A stretch of 58,487 bases of DNA from Chromera velia. Lineage: Eukaryota. Where the stretch lies: NCBI GenBank assembly GCA_018398765.1, contig JAHBMJ010000047.1, positions 1 through 58,487 on the forward strand. Direction: 5' to 3'. Below are positions 50,470 to 58,487 of this stretch, in pieces. Positions within the stretch are counted from its first letter, which is position 1; each line of letters starts with the position of its first letter. Below the pieces are notes generated by a model that made no database searches, was not told the DNA's origin, and saw only the letters and a list, made by a program, of their open reading frames with translations. The translations under genes and the position numbers were made by a program.

Positions 50470-50800
50470 CCTTTTCCTTTTTCCTTTTGTGCCTCCCTCC
50501 ATTCATCCCTTCATTCTTTGCCACCTTCCTTTTCTTCCCATTCCCTCCTTCCTCATTTCCTTTCGTTTTCCCTTCCATTCTACGTAACTCGCTTCCTTGC
50601 TTCCTTCGTTCCGTCCTTCCTTCTTTCCTTCCTTCCTTCCTTCCTTCCTCTTTCTTTGGTGCTTCCTCAGTTGGTTTTCTTCTGGTGCTTTTTTTTTTCT
50701 TGCTTTCCTTCTCAACTGCCTCTTTCTTTCTTTCTTTCTTTCTTTCTTTTTCTTTTTTTTTCTTTCTTTTTCTTTCTTTTTCTTTCTCTTTCTTTCTTTT

Positions 50801-50837
<37 letters not shown>

Positions 50838-51100
50838 TTATCTTTGCTTCGTTTGTTTTCTCCTCCCTCCCTCCTTTTTTCCTTTTGCTCTTCCTCCGTT
50901 GTGCTCATGTTCGCTCGTCCTCCATCTTGCTTCCTTCATTTCCGCCTTTGTACCTTAATTTCTTGTTTCACTGCTTTCTTTTGTAAGTTTCGTTTGTTCT
51001 ACTTCTTTCTTTCTCGCTTTCTTTACACTTTTTCTTCTTATTTTATCATTTTCTTTTTCTTTTTTTTTTTGCTTCTTTGATTTTTTTTTCCCTTTCTTTT
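50470..51100. repeat. Polypyrimidine low-complexity tract with (CCTT)n and (CTTT)n
   Basis: ~600 bp almost entirely C/T on the + strand. Confidence 0.85.
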
Positions 51101-51181
51101 TGTGTGTGTATGACTTTGTAGTTATTCGATCTACAATGTCTGCTGTAAAATTTTATAAAATCTAGAAAAAAATATTTTTTA

Positions 51182-54100
51182 ATTGATTGATTGATTGATT
51201 GATTGATATGTTCCGCCCTAGGGCCTTCCCGCTATGTCTATCTGTCGCCAGAGCTAGCAGGGCGGGGCGTTCCCCAGCCTAAGCTGAGGTATCAGACCCC
51301 GCCCTCGGGGCCCGCCAGAGTTTGTTGCCCTGGCCGCTGCTGCATGATTGTTCGTTGTTCGAGCCACGGCTCTGGATCCGCGTTGGCTTTCCGGCCTGAA
51401 AATCGATCTGAAACGGCATGTGATTTGGGCTTCCTCGCTCTTCTTGTTTACTTTATCAATCTTCTTCTGTGGCTCCCTCCTTCCCCATTCTAACGCTCCT
51501 TCGGTCGTCTCTAAGTTATCAATTGTCTCCTCATATTCTTTTGTTAGTCTCTCGATCGCCCGCTGCCTTCCGGTGATTCCTACATGTCTGGCCGCCAGAG
51601 CGTCTCCCTCTATGTGTCCGTACCATCCTGGACACTCCTCAAACACCCTCCGTCTGAATGACGCCCATCCTAAAAACTCATCTACTCCGGCATGACATTC
51701 ATTCAACAGAAAGCAGAAAAGCATCGAGTTGTCTCTTTTTCCCTCTTCTCTGTTGAGCCCTTCTCTTTCTGTGGCTGCCTTTCTGGCTCTTTCTTCCATC
51801 TTACTGTCCCCTTTCTCTTCTATCTTTCTGAACATCTCTGCTCTCTCTCTGTCAAAAACAGGACATTCTGTCACTAGATGGATTTCATCTTCCACCACCT
51901 CGATTCCCAACCACCCTCGACAGAACTGGTACGTCCTTTTCTGTAACGGCACCTTCTCTCCCCCCCTTACCGGAATTTTTCCCTGAGTTGCAGCCACAGC
52001 CCTGTCTCCCACCCTACATGCTGCTCTCCTCCTGTGTTTCAATCGTGGCGCCACTCTCGTATAGCAAAAAGGGGCTCTTCCTATTCTCTCTCTGTCTATT
52101 TTCATTGTCGAGCCAACCTTTCTACCTTCTCTGTCTTCAAACAAAGAAAGGTGGAGATGGTCTCCGTTTGAGACCTTTCTGTGCACGTCAGCCATCATCA
52201 CTCCTGTCAGTTCTGCCTTCTCCTGACTGCTCTTCTCTCTTATGTTTCTTTCTATTCTATGTGTAAACGTCTCTCTCTTTTTCTTGTCTAGCTCATTTTT
52301 TGTTCTTTTCAGCAGCCATCTCTCTATCCCGTCCACTCTCTCGTTGACTACCTGTGTTCCTCTCTACCCTACGCTTCCTTTTAGTCTTTCTCTTATAAAA
52401 GAGTGCATTCCTCTGTTTGTGTAGAGTGCCTGTGCACATTGCTTCAGATGAGGGAAAAGATAAAAAGGATGCATTCCTCTCCCCCCCCCCATTTCGTTCT
52501 CTACCCTTTCTCTCAGGCATGTGAGGATTGCCTGCCCTACCGCTTCGTTTCTTTTCTCCTTTAAAGCCTTCCCTGCCCATCGGATCGTTCTGAAAGCCAC
52601 TTCGAGATTGATTGGAATGAAACCTCCTTCCATCATCAGCGTGTCATAATTTTCTTTCTTTCTCAAACGCAAAACAAACCTGACAAATCTTCTTTGCTTC
52701 TCGTCGAATTCTGTATATGTGCTATCTGGGCATGCATGGATTTCACATCCATATAACCATACGGTGCACACTGTCTGTTTAAATATATTGAAGCAATCAG
52801 CGGGTGGAATCCCTCCCTCCCTTCCTATCTTCCCCATCAGTCCTTGCATGCATCTCTCTGCTTTGATTGACCGCGCTTCCATCATGGTCTCTAGGTTGCA
52901 GTCGGTGGATAGGACTAGTCCTAGGTAGGGTTGCTCTTTTGCTTCTTTCATCACTATCTCCCCCAGTCTAACTTCTTCTTTCTCTCTTGATACGATGTGG
53001 CCAAACCGGACCAATCTCAACTTATCAAAGAATAGAAGACGGAGAGGTTCTGCAAAGGCTACAAGGTTCGAAAGAAGAAGGTTCAACTGTCTATCTGAGG
53101 ATTCGAGGAGTGTTGTGTCATCTGCAAACAGAGGGGCAAGGAAATCGACCCACCTCCCGTTTTCTCCTGCTAACACCTTTGGCCTCTGTCTGTTGGTCTG
53201 TCGTCTCTGTCCTTTCCTCTTTCCTACTTCCTCTGGCAAGTCATGTATGTATACAGAGTAAAGGGAAGGGCCGCTCGGGCCTCCTTGCTTGAGTCTTTTA
53301 TCTTCCGGATACTACATGCTCGTTCCCTTTAGCCATACCCTCACTTTTTCCAGAGAGGCCTCAACCTATCTGATCAGACCTTCCTCCACCCCTGCCTTTC
53401 TCAATTTCTCTTTCAACTTTTCCAGCCTCACTTCGTCGAAAGCCCGTGTGAAGTCAACAAAAGCAACACTGAACACTTCCATTTGAGCAATAACGAACAG
53501 CAAAAGAAAAATTGTATCACATGTGCCTGCCTTTCTCTTGTATGCGAACTGCTATAGCGTCTGTCTGGCTTCTTTTTCCACCTTTGTTCTCATGATCATG
53601 TCCCCCCATTTCGCATCTGCTACCACTAGGTACACTCCCCTCCATCCCCCAATTAGTGCGAGTGACTTACCCAGTTTTGGAAGAGCCGTCACCGGCAAGT
53701 CATTCCACCCTTTCGGCTACCAGCCGAAACGATATGCAACATTAATTAACAAAACATATAAAGATACCAGCTCAGTCGATTTTTCCATCGTTCTCAGCAT
53801 TCCTGGGGGCATTCCGTCCTTCCCAGCGGCCTTTCTGGGGTTACCTGCTCTTTTCATTGCTTTCCTTACCTCCTTTTCCTCTGCTATGTGCCATCCTTTC
53901 TCTTTAATCGCTCTATTTACTGTCGTTTTTCCTTCTTGTTCCCTCTTTCTCTCTTCTTTCTCTTCCTTTGGCAGCTTGTACGTTTGTTTGAAACCTTCTG
54001 CTACCTGCTGGGTCGTGATGTTGTCTTTTGTTTTTCTTGGTGCTGCCCTCCTGTCTTCCTCACCGAGTCTCCTCCACACCTTCCAGCAGCCTCCTTCACT

Positions 54101-57100
54101 TATTTTGGCTCTTATGTTCTCCACCTTTCTTTTTTCTGCCTTCCGTTGCTCTTTCGTCACCGCGTTTCTCAGCGCTCTCTCTATCATGACTAACTGTTTT
54201 CTCCTCTCCTCATATGCCTGTCTTAATCTTTCTCCTTCCTGAGCTGAGGTGCTGCTCTCCTTTTCTCGTTCATCCCTCTGCTCTCTTTCTGCTTTCAGGC
54301 CTCTGATTTCCTCTCTCACTTTTCTCTCTATTCTTTTGAGTTTTCTTATTTGCTTTCTTCCTTCCCCTCTCAGCGCTTCTGCTGGCTCTTCTTTCCTCTC
54401 CCTTTTTCTTTCTTCTTTCTTCTCCTTCCTTGTTGCCTACATAAAGGTTTTCTCTCTGATGTGTTGGAATTTTTGGTATGCTTCGTCGAGCAAGTCTTTC
54501 TTTATTTCTTTTCCCTCTTCCATATCCATTGCTTTCTAAAAAACCTCACTCACTTTTTCCTCCTTCACTCTTTTCTGAAGCTCTTGGAGGTACCTCTCCT
54601 CAGAGTCTCCTTCCTTTGTGAGCGTTCCCTTCCATCTTAGCTTGATTTGATCTTCTCTTTTCTCGTTTTTCTTTCTTTTTTCCCTCTTTTTTGTCTTTCT
54701 TCACCTATCTTTTCTTCTTTTCTTTTTGTTCTGTTCTTGGTTGGCTTCGTTCTCTTCCTCGTTTCCTCTTCCCTTGCCGCTCTCATTCTCTCTTTCTTCC
54801 TCCCTCAGGACTAATCTAAGAGCTGAATGGTCTAACCGAGCTAAGCATACACAAAATACAGAAAAAAAAAGAACAGATGGCAGAGACACAGGAGACATGC
54901 ATGCATAGTCGATCAGGGACCTCCCTCTGTCTCCTCCCCTGTCAAAAGTAAACGATCCATCAAAGTTGAAAGCTACCTTCTCCCCCCCCTCTTCAACCGC
55001 ACACTGCCTCAGTCCATTCAGAGGAACAATGCCCACCATTTCACAAAAACGAATAAGAGCCCTTCCTTTCGTGTTCTCCATCTCGTCTTCAAACTCCCTC
55101 TCCAGTCTGAAAACTTCCTCTCTCCCGCCTGTTTGTGCCCACTCTTCCCCTTCTCCCCCTCCCTTCCCTGTCCAGACTATCAGAGGAGTTTTCTTTCCGG
55201 TGCGGGCGTTGAAGTCCCCCATCACACAGACCTCTGAGAATCTGCTCTCTCCTTTTCTTTCTCTCTCTGCTCTTTTCTCTTCGATTCTCTCTGCCAAATT
55301 GTTGAGGTATGTCTCATCTGCGTAGTTCGACTCTTCATGGGGGTCATACAAGCTAACGAAGAGCGGGAAGCCTGGTGCTTCTACAAATACCGCTATCTCC
55401 GTTGCTCTTTCTGTCGTAAAGCCCAGCTCTCTTGCCTTTCTGCTTATCAATACCATCACCCCCCCTGTCGTCATCACTTCTCTTCCCTCCTTTACTAACG
55501 GGAAATTCGTTCCTTGCAGTCTTCCTCCATTCACACTGCACACTGTCCTCTCTATTCTAGTTTCATTCATAAAAAGGATGTCGGCTCCTTTTGTTTCTTC
55601 TGCGAAAAGCGGGCTTTATACCAAATTCTCTGTTCTTCCCCTTACGTTCAGAGCCTACATCTCTACTCCTTTGTCTTTTTTGTTTTGTTTGCTCTTCCTG
55701 TTTGTCACGGGGGAAGATAAAAAAGAAAAAGAAGAAGAGGAAGACGAAGAAGAAGAAGAAGAAGAAAAAGAAGAAGAAGAAGAAGACGAAGACGAAGACG
55801 AAGACAAAGACGAAGACGAAGACGAAGACGAAGACGAAGAAGAAGAAGAAGCAGAAGAAGAAGAAGCAGAAGAAGAAGAAGAAGCAGAAGAAGAAGAAGA
55901 AGAAGAAGAAGAAAAAGAAGAAGAAAAAGAAGAAGAAGAAGAAGAAAAAGAAGAAGAGGAAATAGGAGGAGGAGAAGAAGAGGAGGAGGAGGAAGAAGAA
56001 AAAGAAGAAGAAGAAAAAGAAGAAGAAGGAGAAGAAGAAGAAGAAGGAGAAGAAGAAGAAGAAGAAGAAGAAGAAATCTCCCGGTGGTCTGGCTTCTTCC
56101 CACCCCTCCCTCCCTATCCTTTCCCACCCTCTTTCTTTCCCCCGCCAATGCCGGGGAAAGAGGAACAAAAACAAAGAGACTCAAAGCAAAAAGAAAAACA
56201 AGAAGAAGACGCAGAAGAAATAGTAAAGCTGTAAAGAGACGGACCTGGTGGGGGACAATGAGGTAAAGAAGCTCGAACGGAACAGAAAAGCGAAGAACAT
56301 ATACATGAACACATGTTGGCACATATTTGTTCATCTTTGTGAATTAAACTATTCTCCTTCTCTGACGAGCTTTCGATTTCTGAAGAGAAAGAGAAGCCAA
56401 ACCGGGATCCGTCTTGCTCGGGTGTGTTGATCGAGAATGGATGTATGCTGCAGAAATATCTGGGATGCTTGAGGGTGTTTTCTGGTTCTTTCTCTCTGGT
56501 AGGGCCACAATCTACATCCCAGGGGTCTAACTGAAAGGGAACAAAATCGCTTTTTTCTTCTTTGTCCTCCCCTGGACTCTCCTTCCCTCCTCTCCTTCTT
56601 CTCAACAAAAATCCTCCGCCTTTTCTGACTTGGTTTCTCTCTGTCTCCCCTGTGGATGGATTGGTCTTTTCTCTGTTCGGAGTTGCCCCGTCCTTCTCTG
56701 TGCACTCGCCTTCATATCGCTCTGCACGCAAAGGAGGGCACAAGGGGGGGGAAGTACACTGGTCTATATCTTTTTTCAGTGAGTGTGAAAGAGAGTTGGA
56801 GGGTAGCGAGGAACGTGGCCGAGGCTCGTCTAATCGACACACCTGTATAGGGACTGCCCCTCGCGAAGCAGTCCCGCTCCCCCCCCCTTGCATCAGCTCG
56901 GGGTCTCCAGTGAGCTTCTCCTCCCTGCGCTTAGGCCGGCCGAGCCAATTTGCAGAGAAAAAAGAGTCTCGACTATTCGGAGCGGAAGAGTGAAAATTTC
57001 TACGCAATTTTTTTGAAAGAGTGTGCAACTCGTTGGGGGCTCTACAGGTGGTCTCATGATTCGGCGTGCCTCCTTCCATCTCTTCTCCTTCCCCACTCAG

Positions 57101-58487
57101 CACCCAAAACCTGTTCCTTCTCAAAACGTCGGACTCAGATGGAGCCTTCCTGGCATGCTCTCTCTTTGCCCTCCGTCTCTTGATTTTTCTCAGTTCTTCC
57201 CCAAGCCCCATCTTTTCTACCCTCTCTATCGTGTCTCTCACTGTCCACTCGGTCATCTCTGCCTCTAACAACTTCACCCTTCTCTTTAACATTTCCTTTG
57301 CTTCCATCACCCTTTCTATTCTCTTTCTGAGCTCTTCTATTGATCTCTTTTCTTCCTCAATCAACGTTTCTTGCTCGTCTTCCCTTAAGAGCCTTCTTCT
57401 GGGGGGAGGCCGGCTCCCGACCTCTCTCTTTCTTCCTCCCCCCTTCTCCTCCTTCAACTGCCAACCCCGTCAACGGCCAACCCCGGAGGCCTCCCCCCCG
57501 GCGTTTGCCTGCTGCTGCTCTGCACTTCCGTTCTGCTCCTACATCCTCTTTTTTCCCTTCTGCTCAATCCTGGGGCTCGGTTTCAGGATTCCTGTTTGCT
57601 GGCCATCTCTCTCTGTTCCCCCCATCACGAGATCTCCATCTCCCTCTGGGGCTCTCGGTTAGGGTTGCTCTGAGAGGGGAACTCCTAGTCTCTGAAGGGC
57701 CTTCCTCGCCTCTTCTTTCTTCTGGTTGCTGGAAGCTGCATCTCCCATCACTCCCACTGCCCACTTTTTCGTTGCCGCGTCTGTCTGCTCCTTCGTCCTT
57801 GGGATCACACAGCGGAGTTGGTCTCCTGTTTCTGGGTGCTGCATGTTGTTCTGTTCATCAAAGAGGGAGTCGAAATCCCTTGCTACTGTTTCTGCACTGA
57901 AGACCATCTTCGTCATTGACCCCCACGACTGATGGTTCATCGACATCACCCCCTAGAATACCTAGAACATCGTCTCAGCAAACGCTGCAGCCTGCAGTCG
58001 GGTATCTTTTCTCGCCTCATTGGGATTGAGTGCTGCTGTGTAGATAAAATTCTTTGCGTGTATGCGGATGTCTTTCTTGGGCAGTTTCAGTCCAAGAACA
58101 ACCCGTGAGCAGATTCTCCTCTCCTCTTCTACCTTCTCTTTGGCCGATCTTTTCTGTCCCTTCTCCAAATTTCCCAGTCTCGTTTCGTGATCGTTCACCG
58201 TCTGCTGCATCTTTCTTTGATGCTCCCCCATCTCTTCTATACTGTCTTTCAGTCCCTGGATCTTCCCTCCCAATTTCTCTTCTGTTCGAGCCTCGCTTTC
58301 ACGGAGTAGCCTTTCCATGGCACCTTCCGTGAGAGCTGGCTGCTCGGGCATCTTCTTCCTGTCCTTCAGCATCTCCTTGTGGGTCCCTTCTTCGTCTGAG
58401 CTGATATCAGAGAGGCCAGGGCACTTCAGAAAGTTCGTCTCTGCGTCTCTTTCCTCCTGTTCTGTCATTCTGACCACAAAGAAAAAG
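51182..58487 (-). mobile_element. Non-LTR retrotransposon (APE-RT LINE), inactivated by nonsense changes; 5' end probably beyond the window
   Basis: ORF1-like coiled coil 58477-~57100. APE motifs ALNVRG (~55645), MNETR, VMGDFNART, SLIDY, DHSAL (54701-55660). RT motifs KAAGKDG, QFAY, FVDFTRAFD, LKQG, LFADD, YLG (52364-53900). C-terminal C..EDEIHLVTEC motif (~51870); stop at 51254; ~50-nt 3' UTR then an (ATCA)n tail at 51182-51207. Confidence 0.92.
55722..56076. repeat. ~350-bp (GAA)n-rich trinucleotide tract within the LINE
   Basis: GAA/GAC/GCA/GGA triplets with period 3 preserved; reads poly-Ser in the LINE frame. Confidence 0.95.

Noticed and set aside
50325..51080. Long Phe/Ser/Leu-rich and Lys/Arg/Glu-rich ORFs
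   Set aside because: Artefacts of a stop-poor polypyrimidine tract.
55578..56234. Poly-Glu, poly-Lys, poly-Phe and poly-Leu ORFs
   Set aside because: Alternative frames of the (GAA)n tract inside the LINE; not independent genes.
51254..58477. TAG reassignment or an alternative genetic code to explain the in-frame stops
   Set aside because: Host genes terminate at TAG (7399, 17968) and have no internal TAG; TAA and TGA also interrupt the element.
1..58487. tRNA, rRNA or other structured RNA genes
   Set aside because: None recognisable by eye; a covariance-model scan would be needed to exclude snoRNAs.

Overview
Eukaryotic, intron-rich nuclear DNA. GT-AG introns packed with microsatellites, bipartite plastid-targeting leaders, IscX and TGCATGCA motifs suggest a chromerid alveolate, probably Chromera velia (inference). 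Most ORF-track entries are microsatellite or antisense artefacts. Manual splicing recovers seven host genes: an LRR protein (-); a multi-exon, apparently plastid-targeted METTL13/EEF1AKMT4-like methyltransferase (-); a 3-exon PhnZ-like HD-domain oxygenase (+); an ankyrin/coiled-coil/kinase/RING-Rcat protein with two frameshifts (-); IscX (-); a PX-domain/coiled-coil protein (-); and plastid ribosomal L28 with an acidic tail (+). Genes are separated by AT-rich islands holding transposon relics: a Ty1/copia pol fragment, a Ty3/gypsy PBS-gag fragment, a ~230-bp MITE and a >7-kb APE-RT LINE. The strongest signal is how these elements died. The LINE keeps one reading frame for ~2,400 codons with no net frameshift but has 16 internal stops, 12 of them TAG. 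The gypsy and copia relics show the same C-to-T scars, while host genes are spared. This suggests a repeat-targeted C-to-T hypermutation (RIP-like or methylation-driven) defence. Exon coordinates marked ~ are approximate; N-gaps lie at 19409-19417, 21172-21449 and 39189-39209.
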